A DNA stretch of 64,000 nucleotides, taken from NCBI GenBank assembly GCA_043228905.1, contig JBHGNT010000008.1:21390001-21454000 (forward strand). The letters are read 5' to 3'. Within the stretch, counting starts at the first letter, position 1, and every line of letters begins with the position of its first letter. Under the pieces are notes generated by a model that did no database searches, was not told where the DNA came from, and saw only the letters and a list, made by a program, of their open reading frames with translations. The translations under genes and the position numbers were made by a program. Below, in pieces: positions 34,070-44,916 of this stretch. The stretch is from Azolla caroliniana. Lineage: Eukaryota; Plantae; Polypodiophyta.

Positions 34070-35880
34070 TACAATCTCCCTCGCCTCCAACTCCCTAGTT
34101 CCAAAACCCCATCATTCCACCTAGTCGACTCGCATGCGCAAAAATAGCGTGACATCATTGGTGAACCCGACCTGAATGGGTAGGAAGGGAAATCATCATA
34201 AGGGGAGGAGAGCTTGCCGAAGCAATGTCGATAGCCATGGACTGCTTGGAAAATGCCCGAGAGAGTTTGATTGGCCTAGATCATGTCATAGGGACGGTGG
34301 TCGGCAGATCAGGCCAATTCAGTGGAAGAGATATCACGAACTACTTGGAGGCCTACAAGGCCGAGATGCTAATCCGCGACATCTCAAAAAAAAGGCAACT
34401 AACTAGGTTCACCAAAGTGGTGATGTTGAGCATCCACGTTGAGATGCTCAAGATACAAGGAGACTGTTACAATTTGGAGGAGTTCAAAGAGAAACTCCTC
34501 GAGAAGTACGACCTCGACAACTCTCTTCTATTTCAAAGAAAGACCTTATGGAGTGGGTTGAGCTTCCTGGCAAAGGAAGGAATACCACGATGCTTCTTCA
34601 AGAATTTGAGAAGCAATTCGCTTGACTCTTGGCATTGGACAAGAAGATCCTCGACACAAGCAAGGTTTTGTTGTTTATAAAGGTGGTTGATGCATGAGAC
34701 CGGCAGAGGATGGGACTCCTCCTCGAGACAAACAACCAACTAACAACGGATTGTGCCATAATGAAGAGGGTTTGTAGTTGCTTCGACAAGAGGCGCAAAT
34801 GGAACGACAAAGGGTCGTCGATCCGCCAAACCTTCACAAGGAAAGCAATGGTGGGGCTCACCAGGGCCAAAACAACGAGAGGGCCTGCCAACATGGGCCC
34901 CGCACCTGCAACAAACATAGTAGAAGGGTCGTCTAGAGGATCGACAATCGCGGAGCTTACAAAGATGGTAAGATCACTGAAGCAGGAGGAGACGAAGGGG
35001 GCCCTCCTCAAGACCGATGTTTCACACTTGCACAAAGGTGCATGTGGTGTGATAGCCCTGACCACCTAAAAAGAGATTGTTGGGACTTTCAAGATTCCTT
35101 GAGAAGGAACGTTGTCATAGTGTATTTCGTACACTACGTGAAAAACGTATAAAGTACCCGATTCAATAAATATGAAGAAAACGAAGAAAATATGAGAATA
35201 CATGTTACATGCATAGGGCAAGATTAGAACCTTGTACCTCCATGTTAATAATGTAAATCTTTACCAATACACTAACATATCATTAGTGTTAAAAAAGTAG
35301 ATGTCCCACATACAAAGGTATGTTCATGCTAAGATAAACTTTATTTAGAAGAAAAACGCATGATAAAAGAAAAAAACTACACATGCATGAACATTATATT
35401 CGATAAAAAAAATGTATGAGGTTAGAAAAAACATGTTAGAGAAAGCATATAGTCTATAGTTAGAGAAAAGCATGGATTGCTAAGACTCTCTCATCACTAT
35501 ATAAGGATGGGGAGCACAATGTAATAAGGGGGGGAAAACTTTGGAAATTGGATATATTTCTAAAAACACCAATTAATAAATTATATTCGTGGGATTCACG
35601 AAATAAACTATACTCGTGGGATTCACAAGGTTTCTATATTTTTCTCTTTAAATCTAAACTCATATTCTTATCTTAATATTGATTAATCTAATAAAATACA
35701 TTATACTCGTGGGATTCACAAGGTTTTTATATCTCTTTCTTATAATCTATTCATATTCATACCTAGATTAGCCTCAAATTCTTCCACCTCCTAGTCCAAA
35801 ACCCCGGCGGTTCCCACCCAACTCACGCAACGATCCGGCACCGAAAGGCACGACACAATTGGTGTACCTTTGAAACGACA
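34070..35880 (+). mobile_element. Old Gypsy remnant E of the C lineage: LTR 3' end, tRNA-Trp PBS and decayed gag
   Basis: U5-like CCTAGTTCCAAAACCCC; LTR end GTGACA at 34154; PBS TGGTGAACCCGACCTGAA 34159-34176; gag FSGRDITNYLEAYKAEML aligns with C gag SNGKDVSRYLRDYKAEML. Confidence 0.8.
35113..35855 (+). repeat. Isolated Gypsy LTR (743 bp) related to C, inside the gag of remnant E
   Basis: TGTCATAGTG...GCACGACA; both ends closely match the C LTRs while the middle is diverged; no TSD. Confidence 0.88.
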
Positions 35881-36060
35881 TGTCGTGAAGATTTTCGGCA
35901 ACAGTGTGAAAATCGCGTGGAATGGAGAAAACCGAGAAGGTGCAATGTGCACATGTATCGTATGTTAACACTTGAGATGGGTTTTGAACCTTAACCTCCA
36001 AGATAAGAGACAATTGACATACCATTAGGCTAAGTTGTTTTCGTTATTGTGTCGTAGGCT
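35881..36060 (+). repeat. 5' fragment of another Gypsy LTR
   Basis: Begins TGTCGTGAAGATTTTC, like the LTR at 806 (TGTCGTGAAGAATTTC); right boundary unclear. Confidence 0.5.
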
Positions 36061-36404
36061 TCTTAAGCACCCTCGTTATATGCTTCAACATCAGCTTCCA
36101 CCACCAATCTAATTTTCTCCCTTCACACTATGAGCTCTATTGCTCCTTTAATTTTTTTGAGCTCCTCCCCCAAATAAAAATAGTGGTTCCTCTTTTAACA
36201 TTGTCATAAAGATCGTGATCGTGTGTCACAACCACCAAGGTTTTGTGACTTGAGGATGATCGATATCACAAGCTATATTTGCGGATGGTGCGATGGCAAG
36301 AAGATGAGACAAATGTGAAGTTGTTGAAAAAAGAAAAGTAATTGATTCAAAAACACTAACAAGATTCATTTGCCAAGGGGGGATGCAACTTCAAGTTTTG
36401 CCAC

Positions 36405-36519
36405 AGTAGTTTACCACAAAAGGCCCAAAGCGGGGATGCAACTTCAAGTTTTGCCAAAGTGTTGTTTTGGCAAAACTTGAAGTTGCATCCTCGCTTTGGG
36501 CCTTTTGTGGTAAACTACT
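36405..36519. repeat. Near-perfect inverted repeat (54-bp arms, 7-nt loop)
   Basis: 36405-36458 vs 36466-36519 with one mismatch, which is a G:U pair in RNA. Confidence 0.95.
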
Positions 36520-37736
36520 TCAACATTTCATTTCTTTTTTTGTTTTCCTTCCCTTCCCTTTTCTATTTATTTCTTTGACCTCACAAAATTCATTTGCCAA
36601 AAAGATGTGCTTTAGGTGCTTTGGCAAAAGCCAAACTCGCAACTTCTCATTAAGGAGTGTGTGTTTGAGGTAAACCGCTTCAACAATCTTCTTAGCTTTT
36701 GATTTTTTCTGTGTGTTTGAGGTAAACTGTTTCAACAATCTTCTTAGCTTTTGATTTTTCTTTTACTATTTGTATTATTTTATGCAGGTTATATGTCTCT
36801 TACACAAACCATCTTCACTATGTTCCTTCTCTGAGAGCCTCCTTGAAGTCGATTTTCCTTCACGATTTTCTTCACGCTTGCAAGCTCCTCCTTTCCTTGC
36901 TTTTCATTCACTCATTTTCCATGCCTTCTCCCACCTTGGTAGAGGGCTTTTATGGGAGATGCAAACTTAGGCAAATTGCTCATCGTCGGTTGCATTTTTT
37001 TTTATTTTTTTTTTGTATAAACATAATTTGACCTTTAAAATAGTCAATCCCCACTTTTCAAAAATTACAAATTTGACCTTATTTTATCTCAACCCCCTTT
37101 TAATATAATTACAAATTTTTCCCTTACAATCTTGAACTTAACATTATCTTTTCGGAGGTTGTAGCATGGGCTTCCATAGGTCGATTCATGGCCCGTATCC
37201 TGAATGCTCTTTGCCACAAGTACTAGCTGGTGGGATTCGTTTTTTATCTTCTTGACATTGTTTCAAATTTCAATATCATGAAGCCTTAGCTTTATGATAA
37301 CGTGCACCACTACTTCTTTTTCTTTTGCATGCCTCTATTCTTAGAATAGCAAGGACTCCTTATGCTAGAAGGATCAAACCCTTGACCTTACCATTCCAAT
37401 CATTAGCTCATGCTAGTTGATTTTTGTTGCCATAACTGATAACAAAATTCAACTCACCCTTGTTTTTTATTTATCATAAATGCAATTCGAGACACTTTCC
37501 TTCATTGTACACACCACTCCACAACGGTTATGCTTGTAACATACTCCCCCTGTCTCTAAAAAAGTTCACTCTTGCAATGAAAAGTTAGGAAGTTGATATT
37601 GTTAAGAGAATCTTCTTGATCTTTATGTAGTACCTTCGATAGAACCATTCATCTATTTTATTTTAAACTCTGGAATAACTTACATTGTAAGTGTTTAGTT
37701 TTAGAATCGAGAATTCATTCTTGCCTATGAGGTCTA

Positions 37737-38253
37737 TGTTGAGAAATCGTTGCGGAATAAATCACAATAATCGAACTACGAGCTAAAATACGAATCACAC
37801 TACAATGCAAGAAAGACAAGATAAGCGACTATACACAGAGATTTACGTGGAAACCCTAAAACGGGGAAAACCACGGGAACAAATTCTTCATTATACAAAT
37901 AGTGGATATACAATAGCGAGAGGAATACAACACTCTGTCGAGTGCATCAACCGCATAGGGCTCTTCGCGTCTGTTGTTACACACACAACTATGGCGCGGC
38001 TCTTGCTTCTTCTCTCACACTCTCTCTGCACACAGTTCTGTACATACAAACTTTTGTTCTGTTCTACACAGTTAAAGTTTGCCCTAGTTACATATATACT
38101 TATGCAACTTTTTTGGCTATTTACATACATAGCCCTCATGGAGCGCACACATTGACTATTTACAAATATAGTCTCCCGAGTTGGCTATTTCCACAATTCC
38201 AATTTTGGCCGAGGCCTATCAACTCAGCTCCTCAACTGTCAACTTTCCGAACG
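37737..38253 (-). mobile_element. Probable Copia solo LTR, distantly related to the D family
   Basis: Starts TGTTGAG; shares ACGTGGAAACCC...AAAACCACGG, AAGTTTGCCCTA and TTTGGCTATTTACA motifs with D LTRs; right end and TSD are uncertain. Confidence 0.65.
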
Positions 38254-38643
38254 ATTAGATCTTCCTCCCATATATTTTAACTTTACCCCTCCCCTTAACT
38301 TTTCTTTCTTTTAGTAGCTTTTTAATGCAACCTCGCTTTCCTTTTATTTGTAGTTTCTACCTTTACCCATGTTTTACCATTTTATTTTATTTTTTTTCCT
38401 ACCCCTCCCTTTTTTCTCTCCATAACACTCTTCTCCTTTTTTATTCCCCTCTCTCTTTTTTTTTTTTTTCAAAGTAAAGCTACTTTCCCATTAGTTAGGA
38501 AGGATTATTACATAGAGTCTATAAGGAGATTTATACACACATCGGGGAGACTTCCTCCGATCAAGCCAAAGAAGATGAGCCACTTACATTGCCTTGCGGC
38601 CTAACTTAATGTAAGAAGCTACCTATATCCAAGGCAATGCCCT

Positions 38644-41600
38644 TCAATGTGGCCTCGTACGAGTCGGCTCTTGGGGCCTACACCGAAAAGAGGGTGGCAG
38701 GTGAATAGGAAACAACCAACGTGGGGGCTGGTAGTTCCACCTCGGGCCACTCCCGCCTTGCATCACCATAGGTGTGTTCCGCCATTTCTGCCAAAAGCGC
38801 AAACGGGCAGTGGTCACGTCGTTGGAGTGGCTGCAGATCTCTTCTAGTTGCCCTCGTAGGCAGCTGATAAGCGCGAACCATATGTCCATGATCACTTCCT
38901 CCGGGGGGCGTACCGTACCTTGGAAGACCTTGAGGCAACGCGCTTTCCATATATACCACAAGGTGAAACCTGCGATCAACATCCAGATTTCCGGAAACCT
39001 AGGGGATGCGGGCTGCAAGCCTCTTTCAAAACGGATCTTGACGATTTTGCCTCTCGTGCATACATAGCACCAACTATCCGCATTGACGGCGTCCGTCCAC
39101 CCTTCGACCGAGTGATCAATCCATGCCGCAGCGCTCCACGAGGCTGTTCCTTCAACGTCACATGCCACAAGGAGGCGAGTCACTCTATCCCATATCTTTT
39201 GAGCTTGAGGGCAATCCCACAAACAATGTCTCAGAGACTCATTAGGTAGAGAGCACAGTGGGCAGCCTAACGGGCCGCCCCGTTTATCTAACCATTCGCC
39301 AACGGGCACCACATTATGACCGATCTGCCACCAAAAGAGCTTGATCTTTTCAGGCATGTGGAGACGCCAAAGACCCTTCCAAAAGGCAATGAGCGCCTCA
39401 TCGGGGATGCCCAATGTTCGCCAGCCGTTGCGAAGGGGGCCGCCTCGCTGCAGTTGCAAAGTCCGACCCAATTTAGTGGTGTAATCGAAGAAGTGGTGGA
39501 GTCTATCGTCATGTTTCCATCTGAAATCCCCGGGGTCCCAATCCAGATCGACAAGGGGCCGGCAACCGTATACCCTTAACCTCCAATGGGGTTCCACCTT
39601 AGCAACATCCGGGTCTGTCTTCCAGATGTTATCAATCTGTGCCACCACTCGGATTGGGTGCCAAGAGCCGCTGCTCTGGCTGTCCCCAAAAACTGTATCA
39701 CTCCCCGATCCGCTCATGCCCTTTAGCGCCTTGACCATTCCAGCCTCGTCAAAGAGACCGAACCATGCATGTTCTCTCGCCACCCCCATCGGAACCCTGT
39801 CAACTGCCTCAGCTATCAGTCTCCGCATTTTCGTAGCTCCCTTGAGGGGAGGGAAAAGGACCTCTTGGGCTCTTCCTGAATCAGCCATGCGTCTCCAATC
39901 GTCTATAGATAGGAGGCCTGTTTGTGCCAACTTTCCCCATGCTAGGCCCTTAAGTTGCCCTAGCATCGCGTTGTCATTCGTTCGCACATGAGGATTCCAG
40001 AATAGTGGCTGTCTAGTCCATTCGGTCAATGTTTCCGGGGTGTGCTTGACCAAATGTTGTCGTATATGGCACCATGCCCGCAAGATGGAGTTCGTGACCC
40101 TATCCTCCGGATGGCAAGCCAGCCTGGGTGGGACTCCACTCGTGCAGCACCGATTCAAGGAGTCGGGCCAAGGCCTACCATACTTGGGAGTCCCTACTTG
40201 CAGCCTGTTGCGAAGAAGTACCTTCCAGCACCCCTTACCTGGCAGGAGGCAGCGAACCACCATTTTAGCCAGCAATGCACGACTCTGCATTAAGGGGTCT
40301 ATGAGGCCAAGCCCCCCTTTGGCCCGCGGTTGCGTTAACCAACACCATGAGACTCTGGCGGCAGCCCGTGGGTTGTCCTTACCTGACCATATAAACCCCC
40401 GAATGGCAGCCTTAATCGCGTGCAAACCTGCAGGGTCCATAATCCAGCATGAGACTGAGTGCCACATGGTAGCGAGCAGCACTTGGTTCGCCACAAGGAC
40501 CCTACCAGCGAAGGACAATTTTGATCTACTCCACTGGTTCAGCTTCTTACTTATTTTGGCTTGTACGTGGGCCAATTGAGCTCCCTTGGGGATTGACCTC
40601 CCCATCGTAAATCCAAGGTACTTGAAAGTCGTCCCACTAGGGACCCACGTAAAATCGGCATGGGGTTGCCATCTTGGTGTCTCCTGTTCGCTGAACCATA
40701 GACCTTGGGTTTTATTCCAATTGATCTTGGCACCAGCCGCCTGACAAAAGTCCTCGACAAGATGTTCAGCCCGCTGTAAATTCTCCTCATCACCTTGCAA
40801 GAAAAGAACCGTATCGTCGGCATATTCAGATAACAGCAAATCTTCAGTCGCATTGGGGATGGGCAATCCCCGCAACCCGCTAGTTGGTGCTTGTAAGTAG
40901 GCGGAGAAAGCCTCGGTTATAAAGAGATAGAGATATGGGGCTAGGGGACAGCCTTGCCTCACTGAGCGTTGTAGTTGGAAGGCGGGTCCCCTAGATCCAG
41001 CCATCAGCACGCTACTCGTAGCTGTCCGATAGAGTGCAGAAGTGCAATTCCTCCATTTTTGAGGTAGGCCCAAAGCTCTCATCACATTTTCCAAGAAGGG
41101 CCATAACACCCTATCGTAGGCCTTCTCAAAGTCTAGCATCAGAATAGCCGAGCTCGATACGGAGCGACCGGCCAATGCCATAGCTTCCCAAAGAAGCAAC
41201 ACATTATCAAAGATACACCTGTTCTTGACAAACCCAGTTTGATTGTCATGTATGATGTCCGGTAAGAAGCTTGCTAATCGCTGAGCAAGGACTTTAGCGA
41301 GTATCTTGTATGTCGTGTTAAGGATCGTGATTGGACGCCATTGGCGCAACTCTAGGCTTCGCTCTTGGGATTTGGGGATGAGATATATCATCCCCTCAGC
41401 CAGACCAATCGGCATCTTTCCTGAGGACCAAATCTCTTGGAACCCGGCTTCCAAGGACGGGATAACACATTCCCAATGAATCTCGAAGAAATCTCGTGAG
41501 AGACCATCGGGACCGGGGCATGCACCCCTTCGCAATCCCCTAAGTGCCTCCGAGAGCTCTAAACGAGAGATGGGACTATCGAGCACAACTTCCATCTCTT

Positions 41601-42957
41601 GGGTTACCTTGAGGTGAATGCAAGACATCACTCGATCAGCCAGCTCCGAGTTTTGCCGCACATGCGTAGGTGCGAGGAGGTCACGATAGTATTGTGTTGC
41701 CATTTCCAGAACCTCAGTCTTGTCCTCCGTTATTGAGCCGTCTGGTTTTCGCAGCCCGTGTATACGTCCACCACCACCCTTGGGTGCCTTGTAGTGAAAG
41801 AAATGTCGGTTGACCTTGTCGTCTTTTCTAGCCCACCATGCTGCGTTTCTTCGAAACAGCATTCGGTTCTTCTCCAAAGTCCTTTCATGTACCTTCATCT
41901 TTGCTTCCTCTAGTTTAGCTCTAGACCATTTGCAACCAGGGTCTACCTGTAACAGCCGTTGCGCTGCCGCAACGGCCTTCCTTAATTTTGTTTCAATGGC
42001 TCTAACCTGTTGGAGGGCGCGCTTGGTCTCTTGTTGTAAAAAGGAGGACGAGCGGGCCAATTTTTTCTGCAGATCTTCGCTGGCTGATTTACTGCCCATG
42101 GTGTCCTGCCATATACTCTGTAAACCGGCCTTCACCTCTTCACTCTTCATGATCTTTATGGGGATCTTTACATTGAGACTGCCCTTGCTATCGTTGGGTG
42201 GGTTAAGGTCTAGTCTCACCGGCTGATGATCTGAAAAGGTAAGGCCTGCCAAGATAGCAAAGGAGCCCCCGAGCTCTTCGAGGGATGAGCTGATGTATAT
42301 GCGGTCTAGCCGTGCAAGACTACCGCCCCTAGCATTCCCGTCGGCTCTAGAAAAGTGCAGCGAATGTGAGCTTCGCCTAAGGGAAGAGCCCCATGTATCC
42401 TTCACCCCGATTTTGCCAATTAGGAAAGCCCATGAATCTAGCTCCGCACCATAAATAGGCCTCTGGGTCCCTCCTTTCCTATCTCCCATGTGTTCAGTCA
42501 TGTTGAAATCACCTACCATTACCCAAGCCTCGACATTAGGTAATGTTGTCGCGAGCATCCTCCAAAAGATTGCTCTCTCGGGGGCTGAGTTAGGGGCATA
42601 AATGTTTAGCACCCCAATCTGTAGGCGATTCCATTTCAGAAGCACGTATAAGGCCCGACCCTCCACCAGCGTGCCAGATGATGTTACTTCGTATCGGGCC
42701 TTATCGCTGATCGAGATGCAGACCCCTCCTCTTCGGTGGAGGTCACCCTGCGCAGCCGACCACCATGTGGTCCACCCACCCGACAAGGGGTTTACTAAGC
42801 TCTGAGTTCGCTCTTGCGAGAGGTGGTGTTCCTGCAAAAGCAATATGTCAATATGGCCCCCTATATTAAGGGGATTCAACTCCTCCTGAAGTCTTCTACA
42901 CTCTTGGTGTTGTCGGCCTCCACCAAGGCCCTGTACATTCCACGTTAGGATCCTCAT
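38644..42957 (-). CDS. L1 ORF2: AP endonuclease, RT and zf-RVT (1437 aa)
   Basis: TWNVQG, LQEHH, IYAP, GDFN, RLDRIY, SDH; LDFEKAYD, RQGCPLAP, YADD; CPLC...HCLWDC. Confidence 0.95.
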   Translation of the reverse strand: MRILTWNVQGLGGGRQHQECRRLQEELNPLNIGGHIDILLLQEHHLSQERTQSLVNPLSGGWTTWWSAAQGDLHRRGGVCISISDKARYEVTSSGTLVEGRALYVLLKWNRLQIGVLNIYAPNSAPERAIFWRMLATTLPNVEAWVMVGDFNMTEHMGDRKGGTQRPIYGAELDSWAFLIGKIGVKDTWGSSLRRSSHSLHFSRADGNARGGSLARLDRIYISSSLEELGGSFAILAGLTFSDHQPVRLDLNPPNDSKGSLNVKIPIKIMKSEEVKAGLQSIWQDTMGSKSASEDLQKKLARSSSFLQQETKRALQQVRAIETKLRKAVAAAQRLLQVDPGCKWSRAKLEEAKMKVHERTLEKNRMLFRRNAAWWARKDDKVNRHFFHYKAPKGGGGRIHGLRKPDGSITEDKTEVLEMATQYYRDLLAPTHVRQNSELADRVMSCIHLKVTQEMEVVLDSPISRLELSEALRGLRRGACPGPDGLSRDFFEIHWECVIPSLEAGFQEIWSSGKMPIGLAEGMIYLIPKSQERSLELRQWRPITILNTTYKILAKVLAQRLASFLPDIIHDNQTGFVKNRCIFDNVLLLWEAMALAGRSVSSSAILMLDFEKAYDRVLWPFLENVMRALGLPQKWRNCTSALYRTATSSVLMAGSRGPAFQLQRSVRQGCPLAPYLYLFITEAFSAYLQAPTSGLRGLPIPNATEDLLLSEYADDTVLFLQGDEENLQRAEHLVEDFCQAAGAKINWNKTQGLWFSEQETPRWQPHADFTWVPSGTTFKYLGFTMGRSIPKGAQLAHVQAKISKKLNQWSRSKLSFAGRVLVANQVLLATMWHSVSCWIMDPAGLHAIKAAIRGFIWSGKDNPRAAARVSWCWLTQPRAKGGLGLIDPLMQSRALLAKMVVRCLLPGKGCWKVLLRNRLQVGTPKYGRPWPDSLNRCCTSGVPPRLACHPEDRVTNSILRAWCHIRQHLVKHTPETLTEWTRQPLFWNPHVRTNDNAMLGQLKGLAWGKLAQTGLLSIDDWRRMADSGRAQEVLFPPLKGATKMRRLIAEAVDRVPMGVAREHAWFGLFDEAGMVKALKGMSGSGSDTVFGDSQSSGSWHPIRVVAQIDNIWKTDPDVAKVEPHWRLRVYGCRPLVDLDWDPGDFRWKHDDRLHHFFDYTTKLGRTLQLQRGGPLRNGWRTLGIPDEALIAFWKGLWRLHMPEKIKLFWWQIGHNVVPVGEWLDKRGGPLGCPLCSLPNESLRHCLWDCPQAQKIWDRVTRLLVACDVEGTASWSAAAWIDHSVEGWTDAVNADSWCYVCTRGKIVKIRFERGLQPASPRFPEIWMLIAGFTLWYIWKARCLKVFQGTVRPPEEVIMDIWFALISCLRGQLEEICSHSNDVTTARLRFWQKWRNTPMVMQGGSGPRWNYQPPRWLFPIHLPPSFRCRPQEPTRTRPH

Positions 42958-44423
42958 CCGAAAACGGTGACGTTGGCGCCCATGTTCGGGCCGATCTCCA
43001 TGTCATGGGGCAAACTAACACCTGTTTCGGGGGGTATGGTCTCCACTGCAGGCTGCAAATCCCCTACAAGATTCTCAGCCGGTCGTTCTCGACCCGCTTC
43101 AAATAGATCCCGCGATACATTTGTGCTCCGAAGCGGTGGCACAACTTGCACCCCTCTATCTAACAGAGTCGTCGCCAAACTAGGTGTTGGTCTTCCTATC
43201 TTACCCTTTTCTTTGTCCTTGAGCTTGCCCGTCCGGATCCACGATTTCACTAATCTGAGGCCACTACCACATTCCCGCTCCACCGGGAGGGGGGGCTGTG
43301 CCAGCTTCTCTTCCGGGGTGGGCGGTACAAGTTGGGGTTGCATCTCCATCGGGGTGGAGAACACGAGTTCGGGCTCCCGCGGGGGAAGGCGTGAGGAGTC
43401 GCACGGGGATAGCATTGCTGCCAGCGCTGCTGGGTCGCCATCCCCTAACCCTTGAAGAAGTGTAAATCTGTTGGTAGCTCTCACCTGTAGGTCGGGTGCC
43501 TTGGCACTCCCGGAGAGGATCTTTACTCGTTTCAAGGGTTGCTCGTCCACGCTTGCTGGTGACAAGGTGGCAGGACTTCTTTCAAGGGGGTGGTCATGAA
43601 AGAGGGCGGGAGAGGAGGCACCTAGGCCTCCAAGTTTCCCCTTCTTCTTAACGGGTAGCCAAGGAGCTTCTTCACCCTTGGATGTCCCGACTTTGCCCGA
43701 GGGTCGTGGTCCCGAGCTTCCCTTTCCAATCTTACGAGGACACTCCTTAGCTAGGTGTCCTGTCTGTTTGCAAATGAAACACTGCCCCGGGAGTCCCTCA
43801 AAAACCACTTTTACCACTGTGAGGCCTAACTCCTCAGAGTAGAGTCTAATCCTTGATGGAAGTCCATGGAGGGAAGGCACCAAGATACGCAACTTGGGCA
43901 CCTCTGCGACTGTGTCTGCCATTGACGCTTTTTGAGGGCATATCATTCCTACTTGTTCGCCAAAAAGAGGGAGCAGATGGTACAAATGTGGAGGGAGGCC
44001 AGGAAATGTTGCGGTGATCACCCTAGGGTTGTTGAGTTTCCGTAACTCTTCGATCGGATTGAACCCTGGTGACCATGGTTGGAGCAACACCTTGCCGTAC
44101 TTCAGTTCGAGTACCTTGAGCTCGACCAATGGCTGCGCCAGCGAGTCATTACCTAATTCAATGTGGAAGAAGTTTTTCCCTAAACCCCTGACACTCTTGA
44201 TTACCGGCATGTTCTCCAACACAGCCACCTGAAACATGTCCCGAACCATGCCCCGACTTGGTCTACCTGCCAGAAACCTACATACGAAGGAGGTACGCCG
44301 TAGGCGTTCGATTTCTTCCGCTAAGACACGGTTAGCCTCGGGGGACAGGGTAATGGCGAGATCTGATCCACCTTCTTCATCGAGCAAATTGGACGCTGGT
44401 GGAAGCTCGATTCCTCCCATCAT
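42954..44423 (-). CDS. L1 ORF1 (DUF4283-like RRM plus CCHC knuckle), 489 aa
   Basis: LGKNFFHIEL, LLQPWSPGF and CFICKQTGHLAKEC, followed by a disordered tail. Confidence 0.9.
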   Translation of the reverse strand: MMGGIELPPASNLLDEEGGSDLAITLSPEANRVLAEEIERLRRTSFVCRFLAGRPSRGMVRDMFQVAVLENMPVIKSVRGLGKNFFHIELGNDSLAQPLVELKVLELKYGKVLLQPWSPGFNPIEELRKLNNPRVITATFPGLPPHLYHLLPLFGEQVGMICPQKASMADTVAEVPKLRILVPSLHGLPSRIRLYSEELGLTVVKVVFEGLPGQCFICKQTGHLAKECPRKIGKGSSGPRPSGKVGTSKGEEAPWLPVKKKGKLGGLGASSPALFHDHPLERSPATLSPASVDEQPLKRVKILSGSAKAPDLQVRATNRFTLLQGLGDGDPAALAAMLSPCDSSRLPPREPELVFSTPMEMQPQLVPPTPEEKLAQPPLPVERECGSGLRLVKSWIRTGKLKDKEKGKIGRPTPSLATTLLDRGVQVVPPLRSTNVSRDLFEAGRERPAENLVGDLQPAVETIPPETGVSLPHDMEIGPNMGANVTVFG

Positions 44424-44826
44424 AGCGAGTTATGTGTCTTGCGAGCCTAGGTTGTATGTGTTGTTCTTCCCTTCCCCCTTTGTTTTGTGTTTTTTTTAGT
44501 GTGTTACTTTGCGTTTTCTGGTTGGGGGAGGGAGGGAGGATTGTGTGTGAGAGTACCTGGACAGCAATTGGCGTTGTGCTCCTCCTCTTACTCTGTTGGA
44601 CAGCGCGCGTGTTCCTCAGTGTGCACCTACTCCTGCTCCTGCACGCCTTTTCCTGCTGCTCCCACTCCGCGCTCTGCTGCGTTTGCTCCCGCCAACGCTC
44701 TGCTGCTTATTACCTGCAGTTCTCCAGTGTGACGGCTTGGACAGCAGTTGGCGCCTCTGGCTCTGTTGGGTAGCGCGCGCGTTCCTCAGCGTGCACCCGC
44801 TCCTGCTCCTTCTTTCATAGCTATGG

Positions 44827-44865
44827 TTCCCCTCTCTCTTTAAATTCTTGGTTGCCCCATATATT

Positions 44866-44916
<51 letters not shown>

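Larger units (their letters stand above)
38456..44826 (-). mobile_element. Full-length intact L1-clade LINE
   Basis: Poly(A) tail (T14 at 38456-38469); TSD TTCCCCTCTCTC(TTT) at 38444-38455 and 44827-44838; two open ORFs. Confidence 0.95.

Noticed and set aside
37360-37420. Isolated reverse B-box-like motif (GGATCAAACCC) as a SINE or tRNA
   Set aside because: Too degenerate, with no tail or TSD.
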